46,319 bases of DNA from a virus (IMGVR_UViG_3300037501_000018:1-46319), one strand, 5' to 3'; positions 20,201-28,729 are shown, counted from the first letter of the stretch. The notes: generated by a model from the letters alone, not told the origin. Numbers and translations: made by a program.

Positions 20201-23200
20201 TAGAACGGCAGTTTTGGCTGCTCGTGGTGAAATATCCGCCGATGAGCTTATGGCTAAGTTCTGGGAATGGGTCAAGGGTTCTCGTTTGTACAAAGATGAA
20301 AGTGATGTATATAGTTCAATCTTGCGCGAGCTACCATTGTATAACATCAAGTATGATGAGTTTGCGGCTGCATATGCGAACCCAGATTCACGTATTATTT
20401 CTGGACTAGTAGGGGAATGGTGTGATACACCAGAAGCTCAGCAGCAAATAAGGCAACTTTTGAATGCTATGGCTGAGACGGAAGCTGGTCAAGCAAAATT
20501 GGTTTCTTTAGTGACTAAGATGGATTATAATAACCCAAGAGGTTCAGTAGTCTTGCATTCTTCTCCTGAGTCTCTTAGGAGTATTAATCCAGATGAGATT
20601 GCTATACTAAGAGTCGCTGTAAAGAGGGGTGCGATACCTACAATAAGTTCTGTCGAACGAGAATTAAGATATGAACCCGGTGAGGTAATTCCATATATAG
20701 CCGAACCATTCCTTGAAGAAGGTCAAAGTATCAATTATGGATACTTGACTATCAAGAATACCATAGTAGAGCAGATGCTTAAAGGTACGTTAGGTATTAC
20801 TAAGGAAAACATAGCTAAGATACCTGACCATATGAAACCGATTGTTTTTGGACGCCGACCTTCGAGTAGAAAGATAACAAGAGAATGGAATCAGTATCTT
20901 GAGGAAAAGGCAGAGTATGACCTTCAGGTTAAACTGAATCCTTCTTATGCCGACACGCATCCTGCGCCTAAGATGCCAGATAGAGTAGTTAAGCGTAGGT
21001 ATTCTCCGCTATCTCCGATTGATTCTTTGTATGAGATGTTTGAGGCAGCTACTACAAACATCAGAACATCAATGTATTCTAAGTATTATCTCGATGCCGA
21101 GAAAACTCTTATACAGACATATGAGGCTAGGGGTATACCTCTTAATCAGACAATTGCATACAGAATCTCACGTAAAGCGGATGCTATAGCTAGGGAGAAG
21201 TTGAATAGGTCAGCTTATACTGGTAGGCGTACAGCTCTTGAATATTCGCTTAGAAATACTATACCATTTGCTCCTGCTATGCGTGATTTCCTAACTTTCT
21301 GGATATCTGAATCGTTTAGACGGCCATCAAGAGGACTGGCTTGGATAAATGCAGTTCAAAATCTACCAGATAGAGTTACGCTTGACCTTGACGAGCAGTA
21401 CATGAATGCAGTAGGAGATGCGTTAGCTAATTTTGCTGAGGAAAACGCAGATAATCCCATTTCTCTCCTTAGCTCGCTTATGGGCGGGATTTCACATAGC
21501 TTGGCTGGGCAACGTATCACGTTTCCATTAAGACAATTGTCATTCTTTACTGGTGGTACTAGCCCCATGCCTGCTAATCCAGAGGATATAGAAGAGCTTG
21601 GGATATCATTCTTTAGACAGATATTCCCAGGATGGGGACCACATGTGACGTTTCCGGTAGATTGGTTTATTGAATCTTTCCCAGAGTATAATCAATATGC
21701 TAGATGGATAGGTTGGACAAAAAATACTCTAGAAAAGATTCCAGGACTTGAGCTAGCTGGAAAAGACATTCCGCTCAACTCGCGTATTGAAAAGATGGTG
21801 TATTTTGGTACAGCTTTAGTGATTGGTACACTTACTAGCTCTGCTAACTGGATAGCCACCGGAGAGTGGAGTGACGGAATATGGGATGGCATATCACTTC
21901 CCGGTCCATTTGGTTCTAGTCGTCTTAAAGATACTAGAAATAGAGCACTTGATGGGCTAATACGTGCTCATGCAGACGCTCTTGGTCTTGATATAACTAA
22001 GCAAGAAGATAGAGAAAAACTTTTGAGTACTTTGCGACAGAATTATACAGTAACTCAATTCATGGCTGCTTTAGCCGGGAACTTGCAGCCTATGAATATA
22101 TTGATTAGAGATATTGAAGCATCTGATTTGATGAAAGCTACTAATGACTATTCTGGTATTCTGTTACGACAGGCACCAATTGAGACTTTACCTACAGATG
22201 AGCTTGGCAATCCTATACCTGATAGAATTAAAGGTTCTAGAGTATGGCCTGCTTCTCAAGCGAGAACAAATGCATATCGGACAAAACAGTTGAAAATGAT
22301 TCGTGAGGAATATCCAGAATACTCAGCATATTTCGACGCTTTGGATGCGTTTTATGAACATGATGAGATGAAGTTTGCTGAGATAATGATGCTTAATCCT
22401 GAAGTTTCTGGATTTTTTATTGCTATTAATGCTAACATGGTAAATGCAGGGACCAAAACCACGATGCAGCTAATGGGAATTGACCCTGATAGTGATGAAG
22501 GCATGATGTATGCTTTAATCAACGACTTTTTCAAGCCTATTGAAGGGCAAGACTATCTTGATATGATGGCACAAAAGATAGCTAAGTACAGAGGTTTTGT
22601 TAAATATCAGCAGTTGTGGCAAGCGTTTGAAAATGAGACTTCTCATTTGAACAAAAGAAGCTTGGAATATGCAAAACTAGCAGAAGATTTCATGAATATG
22701 CTAGATTCTAGAATGATGAAATCGACTGAAAGTGGCTCGCTTAAGCTTGTTGATGGTGAAGCTAATTATGGCTGGGGGATGGTCTCTAAAAATAATGAAT
22801 ATGCTGCTGGGATGCCACAAGACCTATGGAAATCATTCCCAACTCAATTTCCATCTTGGACAAAACAAGAGAAAGCTTATGCGGAAAAAGCTAAGGCTAG
22901 ACTTGAGGCAGAAGCAGCCAAAGTAAAAAGCTCATTTCAACAAGATGTAGTTGGATTGGATGAAAAGAGTTGGACATATAAGTTCCTCAAGGCAAGAATG
23001 GATTCTGAGCTTGAGAGACTTGGTATTAATCTGAAGCCGGAATTGAAAACAGACCGCCAGCTTGACATTGAGGAAGTTCAAGAGTGGCTTTCAAAGGATA
23101 TCTTGGTTTGGACTGATACAGATGCCAAGTCGAGAGGGTATAACCTTAATGAATCTGATTGGATACAAATACAGCAATTGGCACAGTTGAGGGACCGTAC

Positions 23201-23720
23201 CCTTAAAGAGCTGGCTTTCGTAGGTGAAAATAGTATCTATGCAACCACAGAAGATGGACCTAAGCCACAAGTTGCTGCCATTCGTGACCGTTATTTAGCG
23301 CAGCTTAATGCAATATTAGTTTCAAATGATACCGTTCGTGATATGTACTATGACTGGAGTCTAAAACAACGGTACGAGCGATTGCGCGATATGGAAGAGC
23401 TTAGTACTCCGACATGGAACGAGTGGTTTTACCATTTGGATAGATTTAAGGAATTCATGGAAATATACACAAAGGGCTTTTGGAGAAAAAATAGCAAGGG
23501 AAAAGTAGTATGGACTCAAGTAGTACAGGGTATATTTCCAAGAGAGCCTTATAAAGATTACATATCAGGAAAGGCTAAGTATACTGGTTCACAAACAGTA
23601 CAACCAGGAGCCATGATTTTACGTAAGGTATATGACGAATTGTGTGCACGTGACCCAGAATTTGCTAAAGATATGGAATACTTTAGTCCGACAATGTGGG
23701 ATTATTATCTTCATTGGTAG
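14214..23720 (+). CDS. Giant (3168 aa) polyvalent / DNA-ejection protein with two ADP-ribosyltransferase-like inserts
   Basis: Mostly helical. Gly/Ala-rich hydrophobic segments (TGAIVAVGAGLG; WAAAGAGGGAAY..ITGTILGGVFLGG). ART-like motifs at about aa 1630-1865 and 1939-2153. Confidence 0.75.
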   Translation: MAMIPEGSGGQQTPTYFGANVGVGYNPDDERYRTMLARIDGYKRRTAQATIQKSFQYISPVVDISQRINALGGDNVFSSRVSRITNYWRYSTGIGPDAVSGLILDLALSNATMRQVRKTFYHISEHWGLIPGANIGLENDVLKEYIKRGMILPNSSTHGKMVERDLATYDIKREAWPVVNGKPVPPSVAPKGANSPIPQPFVSADRIKPSFDSIISQFAKQLRNKLFVNLSLLNMPSHINTLSRDSLQAKVEQINAAYNAIYRENLKRFPDRQFAVFNSTGDTYKDGLHHYFLREVETRKFYGKGSVSKHETVLAYDYSPPLWVSAADEFENIVYNKDAARREEQRLKMEMQGKDDIVQQMSFAMHQDNVEAARNYMFPTRITHPADEAGVWHDPAEEYFEFMKAATTGIDSPFLEKSAIKVLEGQTLVPGLDIIPGSKEVWKLADAMYLEMASQQSMALMMEPFEKIGEGFSFLGKSLEIVPRAVWDYTLGAVHEYHYEHSVGYRNAYNAIAPKVKFVAEPFGAAIAFPIKEGGKFLIQTVPEAINTGLNYGAMALWESGRYLYNSAGTDISALQAAMAYRESIRSDPEISPWMKRSLQASLDVQSGKMGYIDYMKARTRDLKVFNYSPTASILESQGIDPHDHPALTVTMDMIYQTGAIVAVGAGLGSFARATGLVSSVNKVTGARRVGYANKLGRLIVKSMPGADNLADWIARVSEPWRIRRMLGPTVSQDTVLKLASANTKDDVIKVLVDNLEDGAFIDPYSTAIRRRVWELASRTNAYHVLPRALRLGFDTISESVMFRLDGENFFYDMRSLGHVTNHPPKRMEYWLNEACKATSQEARESVAIAFIKEIAQRNPKRWAKLEKLGKMPVTRSELGESGSRQFVVKQWGNPQDIGMFNPEDAALYAEQRLELLNELAGARGLKLDEVRAVTLDELRAPTLYNAKQVHTDIMTTFKLKPQSRTAGTDFVSQVRMQYEGFPQGTQERAIYEAVKDLTPDEISTNSAYNLSKLIAKKVETRSAQAQELYMSRFGVGSTEELSIPNQIILASKEREILAKQIESFVTPSEAEVNARVQAILQADKSDELRTFIIESGGLDPIEVEKFEVGYARAQIAGVTTPREHKLAGWSKKGGLSPTQLASLIKADARFSGSGVVDERTLLDFIDNYMSKNKRKNYYAQLEFRRLAEAKMGTEEYDEMIETLRAYDSVLSDPQLVTVLSQHFGPDDIKAVVSTVTKRGRKGAKEIRLATEVQEAELKAAVQEEYVSQLDIDVLKKRIEFLKNLRQDDRILLANIKKLEEDIIKLRSGTEPVRQMATYLYQQRQYISLPAPVGVIAAEYAAEGGLKEVLAWAAAGAGGGAAYSFMANDEEDLIQNMITGTILGGVFLGGSGYLMKALDRMGRASIAGTTLSIDRLTVWWKRYLLANPGILMRIITDEPLRMLSQGFDPLAVVASVWGKDKYAAELRKDAEHIKMWGSYKFERAYGNPAQFYSDMSPETNLRYIFADMHPVDHIMIRPGDPQYIKAATITLSHIRNDIATRAYLGLTYPGKYGREGLNQLINENAAVRQFIATRGPGGFEYQKKIWMDTIEEATESLINYAIRPLDDIEKAQYNAFLREVAEYDRQMAEGVWYRAGEHNEYTEFCTPIGDEIVPRMTGSRDTGVATGQYSFSSPGEGRIPVKKAKNPLVIGKEDSYFERDYLHADGRRMILKNPEKYDEETIARATSYSPWAFQEDAINLLRAAEYIRRRFARGQGEDIAIYATSTIIKVLNSSKLSEGHAGLILRGVENFDDTAWSLAQLRPANISEEQAIREVYDVVRIWAQSGSQVHPMNILLHKKWGFDGITYSGKASWAADDATFGNVRFPQIDERGFVERRITPTTPGYKQIGNRYIDTDEEPIGPRPEFMKSNVPKDFTPTIKNKRGTSYYTTMLPEGKYNLYHVTTAKSKVLEEGLKSDSQLIAEGRTFAGLEGGNIVTGQISVGINEADALQRADVIRTAVLAARGEISADELMAKFWEWVKGSRLYKDESDVYSSILRELPLYNIKYDEFAAAYANPDSRIISGLVGEWCDTPEAQQQIRQLLNAMAETEAGQAKLVSLVTKMDYNNPRGSVVLHSSPESLRSINPDEIAILRVAVKRGAIPTISSVERELRYEPGEVIPYIAEPFLEEGQSINYGYLTIKNTIVEQMLKGTLGITKENIAKIPDHMKPIVFGRRPSSRKITREWNQYLEEKAEYDLQVKLNPSYADTHPAPKMPDRVVKRRYSPLSPIDSLYEMFEAATTNIRTSMYSKYYLDAEKTLIQTYEARGIPLNQTIAYRISRKADAIAREKLNRSAYTGRRTALEYSLRNTIPFAPAMRDFLTFWISESFRRPSRGLAWINAVQNLPDRVTLDLDEQYMNAVGDALANFAEENADNPISLLSSLMGGISHSLAGQRITFPLRQLSFFTGGTSPMPANPEDIEELGISFFRQIFPGWGPHVTFPVDWFIESFPEYNQYARWIGWTKNTLEKIPGLELAGKDIPLNSRIEKMVYFGTALVIGTLTSSANWIATGEWSDGIWDGISLPGPFGSSRLKDTRNRALDGLIRAHADALGLDITKQEDREKLLSTLRQNYTVTQFMAALAGNLQPMNILIRDIEASDLMKATNDYSGILLRQAPIETLPTDELGNPIPDRIKGSRVWPASQARTNAYRTKQLKMIREEYPEYSAYFDALDAFYEHDEMKFAEIMMLNPEVSGFFIAINANMVNAGTKTTMQLMGIDPDSDEGMMYALINDFFKPIEGQDYLDMMAQKIAKYRGFVKYQQLWQAFENETSHLNKRSLEYAKLAEDFMNMLDSRMMKSTESGSLKLVDGEANYGWGMVSKNNEYAAGMPQDLWKSFPTQFPSWTKQEKAYAEKAKARLEAEAAKVKSSFQQDVVGLDEKSWTYKFLKARMDSELERLGINLKPELKTDRQLDIEEVQEWLSKDILVWTDTDAKSRGYNLNESDWIQIQQLAQLRDRTLKELAFVGENSIYATTEDGPKPQVAAIRDRYLAQLNAILVSNDTVRDMYYDWSLKQRYERLRDMEELSTPTWNEWFYHLDRFKEFMEIYTKGFWRKNSKGKVVWTQVVQGIFPREPYKDYISGKAKYTGSQTVQPGAMILRKVYDELCARDPEFAKDMEYFSPTMWDYYLHW

Positions 23721-23730
23721 GCGGTGAGTT

Positions 23731-26268
23731 ATGGCGCTCATATCTAGTGGAAGTGGCTCAAGTACATCTAACTGGGGATTCCCGTCTAATCCATATGTAG
23801 GGCAGACGTTTAATTATTATGGTATTGTTTATAAGTGGAATGGTAGCTCGTGGGTAAAGCAAACGACAAGCACTAGTACAACAAGTACAACTAAATCTAC
23901 TACGACAACTGCTCCATCTACCACAACCACAACTGTATATAAACCTAGTATCTCTAGTGCAGTTTCACCAGAAACTAATTCTGCGACTTGGCTGCACAAT
24001 GCCTATTCAAATTCCTATTATATGGGTGATATTTGGTATCCAATTTATAATTCCTCAACTAAAGAATCACTAGTTAAGACAACATCAACAGGAACAACTA
24101 CTTATACACCGCCTAAGGATTACACAGTACTAAATGCATATGTACAAGATATAACCGGCTACTATTACGGAGCTAACTGGACAGATTGGGTAGCCTATGG
24201 TGGTGATTGGGATAGATTGTTAGATGATATTCTTACTTTGCAGCCAGATAAAAGCGGTGGTGGTGGTGGTGGCGGGAGCTATGGTGATACGTCTGTGAAA
24301 TTTGCAGACAATCTAGAAGAGCTATTTAGACAAGTATTAGGAAGACCGCCAACATCGAGTGAACGTACTAAATATTCTGGCTCGTCGCAGTATACAATAT
24401 TACAGTATCTTACTAGTTTGCCAGAGTTCACAACTCTATCGCCTGGATACTCAGCTATTGCTGCTCCGTATCAGTATTTGTGGTATCAGATAATCGATAA
24501 TGATATTCCATTGCCGATTGAAGAATTGCGTACATGGATAAATAACAATTGGACACAACAACAAGTTCTTAATCGTATACGTAGTTTACCAGTTTGGGAT
24601 AATGGTCGTGAGAAAATTAATCTTACTGTTGTCTTTGACGATAAATGGGACGATTTAACTGGAGACTCTCTTGGGTCAAAAATGACGGCAGAAGATATTG
24701 CTAAGAGAGATTGGCTTATTAAGAATGGTGGAACACCTGCTGAGTGGGAAGATTATATTCTTACTACACCACAATATAAGAATGGCTCAACATATCTTAG
24801 TATCAAGCAGAATGTTAAAGAAGTTCTGTATGATATGTGGGGCAGAGATGTTGTCGATGCCCTATTTGTTGAAAATCCAAATTATATTGAGGATGTGGTA
24901 TGGGCTGCACTCGGCGGACAAACTGCATCTGATACATTGATAGCAGACTGGGCAAGACAAGATACAGAAAAATGGCTTATGGGTCCGCAGGCAGCAGCAT
25001 CAAGAGAAAATCTTCGTGATGCATTTATTGATATAATGATGATTGCTCCTACACCGGATGCTCTTGATGCGTGGTTGATATCTGGAATGACTCCATATCA
25101 GCTAATACAACAGTTGCGTGAAACTCCAACATATAAAGCTATGTACGCTATGAAGCCAGACTGGATGAGTGAGCAGACTTGGATGGCGACCGGCCAAGCG
25201 TACAACGCTGTTGGTAGATGGTACTTTGGTAATGCTGGTGTTAAGCAGTATTATACAGCAGAAGAGCTTGACGAGCTTCGAGTGCGTCAAGCTATTAGTC
25301 CAGATAGCATACCCAATGGTGTTTATCGTGATGAGGATGGCAATTACTATACATATGCTGGTGCCAGTTGGGACTTTTCTACTGAACAAATAAGATTCTG
25401 GATTGATAATGGCATTACACCGGAAGAACTGCATAGCTATTATGTGTGGACGGAAGATGCCAATGCAAATCTACCAAATATGAACTTCCTTGGTGAAGCC
25501 ATTGGTCGGCAGTATACGTTTGATGATGCGTATATACTTATGTCTGGTGCCGCAGGCTCTGGATTGATACGAGCGCAACTACAGCAAGCTGAGCTAAGGC
25601 GACGGTTTGATGAAGCTTTCTTCATATATAATGGTAGGATGCCGACTCTAGAGGACTATGAATGGCTTGAAGCTAACTTTCCTAATGCATCTGCTTACGC
25701 ACGAATTATGAGTGCAGAAGAAGATGCTAAAGCTAACTTTAGGGAAGTAGATGAGTTGTTGATGAGAGTGTTTGGTGAACATGCCGACCTAGAGATGCTA
25801 AAGAAGGTAGCACTTGGGTCAGCGGATAGTGGGGTGTATGAATCTAAAATACAATTAGCAACAGAGTTGGATAGGTATAGGTGGGAATTCAAGTCGTATT
25901 ATAAGGTTGAGCCTACACCAGAAGATTATGCTAGGTTTGCTGGTTACGCAGGACCACAAGAGCTTGCGAAAGAGCTTGAAGTTCGTGAGTTAATACAGGC
26001 TCGTGGTCCTTCTCTGCAAAAGATATACAACCAGTATTGGGTTCCACTTGGGTATGAATCTATGGATGATGATGATGTGGAAACTCTTGTAGGCAAATAT
26101 GAAGGGTGGGGAGCTATTGAAGCACGTATGACGATGGCAGAGCAACATAAGTCTCAATGGATAAATGCTAGAGAACAAGCATTCTATTATGGTGCAGCTT
26201 ATTCTCCTGTATCTTATCCTGAATTTGGTGGCGTAATGCTTCCCGGTTTACGTAACCTTAGAATCTAG
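23731..26268 (+). CDS. Internal virion/ejection-type protein with DUF4214-like helical repeats and a Thr-rich linker
   Basis: LFRQVLGRPPT...LTSLPEF and related copies. N-terminal FPSNPYVGQ..YKWNGSSW motif and a poly-Thr/Ser linker. Confidence 0.6.
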   Translation: MALISSGSGSSTSNWGFPSNPYVGQTFNYYGIVYKWNGSSWVKQTTSTSTTSTTKSTTTTAPSTTTTTVYKPSISSAVSPETNSATWLHNAYSNSYYMGDIWYPIYNSSTKESLVKTTSTGTTTYTPPKDYTVLNAYVQDITGYYYGANWTDWVAYGGDWDRLLDDILTLQPDKSGGGGGGGSYGDTSVKFADNLEELFRQVLGRPPTSSERTKYSGSSQYTILQYLTSLPEFTTLSPGYSAIAAPYQYLWYQIIDNDIPLPIEELRTWINNNWTQQQVLNRIRSLPVWDNGREKINLTVVFDDKWDDLTGDSLGSKMTAEDIAKRDWLIKNGGTPAEWEDYILTTPQYKNGSTYLSIKQNVKEVLYDMWGRDVVDALFVENPNYIEDVVWAALGGQTASDTLIADWARQDTEKWLMGPQAAASRENLRDAFIDIMMIAPTPDALDAWLISGMTPYQLIQQLRETPTYKAMYAMKPDWMSEQTWMATGQAYNAVGRWYFGNAGVKQYYTAEELDELRVRQAISPDSIPNGVYRDEDGNYYTYAGASWDFSTEQIRFWIDNGITPEELHSYYVWTEDANANLPNMNFLGEAIGRQYTFDDAYILMSGAAGSGLIRAQLQQAELRRRFDEAFFIYNGRMPTLEDYEWLEANFPNASAYARIMSAEEDAKANFREVDELLMRVFGEHADLEMLKKVALGSADSGVYESKIQLATELDRYRWEFKSYYKVEPTPEDYARFAGYAGPQELAKELEVRELIQARGPSLQKIYNQYWVPLGYESMDDDDVETLVGKYEGWGAIEARMTMAEQHKSQWINAREQAFYYGAAYSPVSYPEFGGVMLPGLRNLRI

Positions 26269-26279
26269 GGGGAGAGAAA

Positions 26280-26909
26280 ATGAACAATGATAAAGAAATA
26301 CTATTGAATGAAGAAGAAGAGCAAGAGCAAGAAGAAGTTATTGTTGAGCAAGAAGATGAAGAGGAAGCAAATCTTCTTGCTAGGCTGCAAGAAGCAGAGG
26401 CTAGAGCAGCTAGGCTTGAGGCTGAAGCTCAACGGCAGCGTGATGAAGATTTTAAACGCAAACTGGAAAGTGTACCGCCGGAAGAACGAATCAAACTTGA
26501 ATTGGAATATGAACGCTCTAAACGGCAGGAAATAGAGCTGAAACTTATGCGAAACGAGATTCGTTCTGAATATCCTTTGTTCGCAGGTATTCTTGAGATT
26601 TTCAGTTCTAGATTTCAAATTGAACTTGATAGTGCAGATGAGTTGAGGCAGATAGCAGAAGCTATTGGGCCTCAGCTTAATGCATTGCTTAAAGACCAAA
26701 TATCAACGGAGAAAACAAAAGTACGGAAAGAGGCAATCAAAAAGTGGGGGATTCAGGGAACCACATCATCTGTATCTGGTGTTCCCGAAGGTAAGAGTGC
26801 AGCACAAATTAGATATGATGCTGTGAAGGAACAGTTTGAGAAAGACCCTACAAATCCGGTCCTTTTGCAGAAAATGATAGCGGCTAAACGCGAGCTATCA
26901 GGACGCTAA
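26280..26909 (+). CDS. Capsid scaffolding protein
   Basis: Acidic N-terminus and long coiled coil, immediately upstream of the major capsid gene. Confidence 0.75.
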   Translation: MNNDKEILLNEEEEQEQEEVIVEQEDEEEANLLARLQEAEARAARLEAEAQRQRDEDFKRKLESVPPEERIKLELEYERSKRQEIELKLMRNEIRSEYPLFAGILEIFSSRFQIELDSADELRQIAEAIGPQLNALLKDQISTEKTKVRKEAIKKWGIQGTTSSVSGVPEGKSAAQIRYDAVKEQFEKDPTNPVLLQKMIAAKRELSGR

Positions 26910-26915
26910 AGGGTA

Positions 26916-26944
26916 TTGACAAATCTAGGTTCTGGTGTTAAGGT
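26916..26944 (+). promoter_or_regulatory. Promoter for the major capsid gene, TTGACA-N17-TAAGGT with extended -10 TG
   Basis: TTGACA at 26916-26921, TG at 26936-26937, TAAGGT at 26939-26944. Confidence 0.8.
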
Positions 26945-27023
26945 TTAAGTACCCTGTCCGGGAGGGGAGAGTGATATGGCCCCTAACCTATCCTCTCCCC
27001 AGCCCAAACTTGAGCCAATAGGC

Positions 27024-27086
27024 TTAATGTCCTCGACAGAACACAATAGTTGGTTGCACGTTGACTACTGTATTGGAGGACATTAA
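27024..27086 (+). promoter_or_regulatory. 5' leader stem-loop occluding the capsid RBS
   Basis: TTAATGTCCTC (27024-27034) is the exact complement of GAGGACATTAA (27076-27086), which covers most of the SD and abuts the ATG at 27087. Confidence 0.7.
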
Positions 27087-28268
27087 ATGGCTCTTGAACC
27101 GGCACTATATCCATCCACACTTGACCGCTCTGCATATCAGTATGTAGAAAACTATGATATGTTTTGGGAAGCAATGAAGCTTCCCGGTGGTCGTCTACGT
27201 TTCCTTGATTTGGTTAAAGATGGACCGCCAGTTGATGCAAGGGAATACTACTGGACAGAGGATATCGCTAAGGTACGCACCGTTAGTCTTAATGGGGCAA
27301 TTACTAATGAGACTACATGGACGCTGCAAGATGGTGAGGCTGCGTATCTACAGCTAGGCGATATGCTGCATACTACTGCTGCTGGTATTGATGAGTGGGT
27401 ACAAGTGAATGCCACTCCCAATACCACTAACCATACCATTAGCGTTACTCGTAACGTGAATGGGCTTGGTATTGATAGCTGGCCTGATGATACTGTTCTT
27501 CGTATTGTCAGGACTCGTAATGAAGGCTCCGGTGCTGATAGTTGGGAGTTCAAGGGTACTGTTCGGCGTACTAACTATACTGTTATCATCTCGCATACAG
27601 TTGGCATTACTGGTACTGCCGCTGAAGGGCAACCGCGTGCTAATTATGGCGATGAGCTTGACAGGCAAGAAGCAGAGATTTTGCTTTCGCTGAAGGGTGA
27701 GGTTGAAGATGTACTTCTGTTTGGGCCAGGGCAGGTTCCTGCGGCTACTCCTGCCTATGGTGCTCCGCAGGGTATACGTCATACTATCCTTGCTCGTAAT
27801 GGTGGGAACATTGGTACATCTGCTTGCCAATGGGGATTCAGGCTGCTGAACGATAGGGTAAAGGAAGTTGTTGAGGAAGGATTCATTAACGCAGGTTCTA
27901 ACCTTATTTGCCTGGTTCCGATTGAAGGTTATGCTGCTGCTGGTTTTTGGGGAGCTGGTGCAGTTACCCGTGAGGCTAGTGACCGCACCTTCGGGTTTGA
28001 AGTTAACATGGTTCATACTACAGTTGGTATTGATGTGCCGCTGATTTGGGCTGAGGCCGCTAGGCCGGATGAGTTCATGCTTATTGATATGGGTAAGTTT
28101 GAGCGTAACCCATTCAAGAACAGAACCCTTATCCGTATGACTAAAATTGGTGGTGTTGGCAATACTGACGACTTCGATGAGCGTAGGTTGCTCATGGAGT
28201 TTGGGTGTAAGTTGCGGTATGCTGATAAGGCTCACTATCTCCAAAAATCCGTTAACTTCAGCTACTAA
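27087..28268 (+). CDS. Major capsid protein (HK97 fold, DUF5309/SU10-like)
   Basis: YYWTED, RRTNYTVII..VGITGT, ELDRQ..LKGEVE.VLLFG..PQGI and terminal EFGCKL motifs. Has its own promoter and follows the scaffold gene. Confidence 0.88.
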   Translation: MALEPALYPSTLDRSAYQYVENYDMFWEAMKLPGGRLRFLDLVKDGPPVDAREYYWTEDIAKVRTVSLNGAITNETTWTLQDGEAAYLQLGDMLHTTAAGIDEWVQVNATPNTTNHTISVTRNVNGLGIDSWPDDTVLRIVRTRNEGSGADSWEFKGTVRRTNYTVIISHTVGITGTAAEGQPRANYGDELDRQEAEILLSLKGEVEDVLLFGPGQVPAATPAYGAPQGIRHTILARNGGNIGTSACQWGFRLLNDRVKEVVEEGFINAGSNLICLVPIEGYAAAGFWGAGAVTREASDRTFGFEVNMVHTTVGIDVPLIWAEAARPDEFMLIDMGKFERNPFKNRTLIRMTKIGGVGNTDDFDERRLLMEFGCKLRYADKAHYLQKSVNFSY

Positions 28269-28297
28269 TAATAGCTGAAAGATTTTAGGAGGTAGGA

Positions 28298-28729
28298 ATG
28301 GGAAACTACGGATACGATAGCAAACACGCAGTAGGCGAGAATAGGGTTGTTCAGCTAACTGATGCGAAACCTGTGCTCTATACTGATGAAGTAGACACAG
28401 TAGCGCATGTGAAGCTGGCTTATCTCCCGAAAGGCGCATGGATTCTTGATGTACTAATCCAAGTAGAAACCGCATTTAATGATAGCGGAACAGACACGAT
28501 AGAGGTTGGGGTTATTGGTAGTACTGCATCATATCTGGCTGCTACTTCGGTAGCTGCTACTGGTATGATTGTTGCATCTCATGCCGGTACTCCACTTGTT
28601 CCTGCTGCACGTCTAACAGCGGATTCTTGGATTGTCGCTGTGTATAGAGGACAGAACAATAACGCTTCTGCTGGCAAGGCAGTCATTTCTATTGTATGGG
28701 CGCCCTGCCAAGAAGAGCCAGTCTTGTAG
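28298..28729 (+). CDS. Capsid decoration/cement protein
   Basis: LPKGAWILDV..VETAFN..TIEVG..SAGKA jelly-roll pattern. AGGAGG RBS, follows the MCP. Confidence 0.7.
   Translation: MGNYGYDSKHAVGENRVVQLTDAKPVLYTDEVDTVAHVKLAYLPKGAWILDVLIQVETAFNDSGTDTIEVGVIGSTASYLAATSVAATGMIVASHAGTPLVPAARLTADSWIVAVYRGQNNNASAGKAVISIVWAPCQEEPVL

Noticed and set aside
14214-23720. Giant ORF as a virion RNA polymerase or tape measure protein
   Set aside because: No DxDGD or T7-type polymerase motifs were seen, there is no tape-measure periodicity, and no tail tube or chaperone genes are present.
3037-26699. Numerous 60-190 aa antisense or out-of-frame ORFs within the structural genes
   Set aside because: They are shadows of long sense genes, without RBS or recognisable motifs.
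27354-28475. 373-aa antisense ORF over the capsid gene as a real gene
   Set aside because: It is in exact codon register with the capsid gene and is explained by codon bias. No convincing RBS or protein-like motifs.
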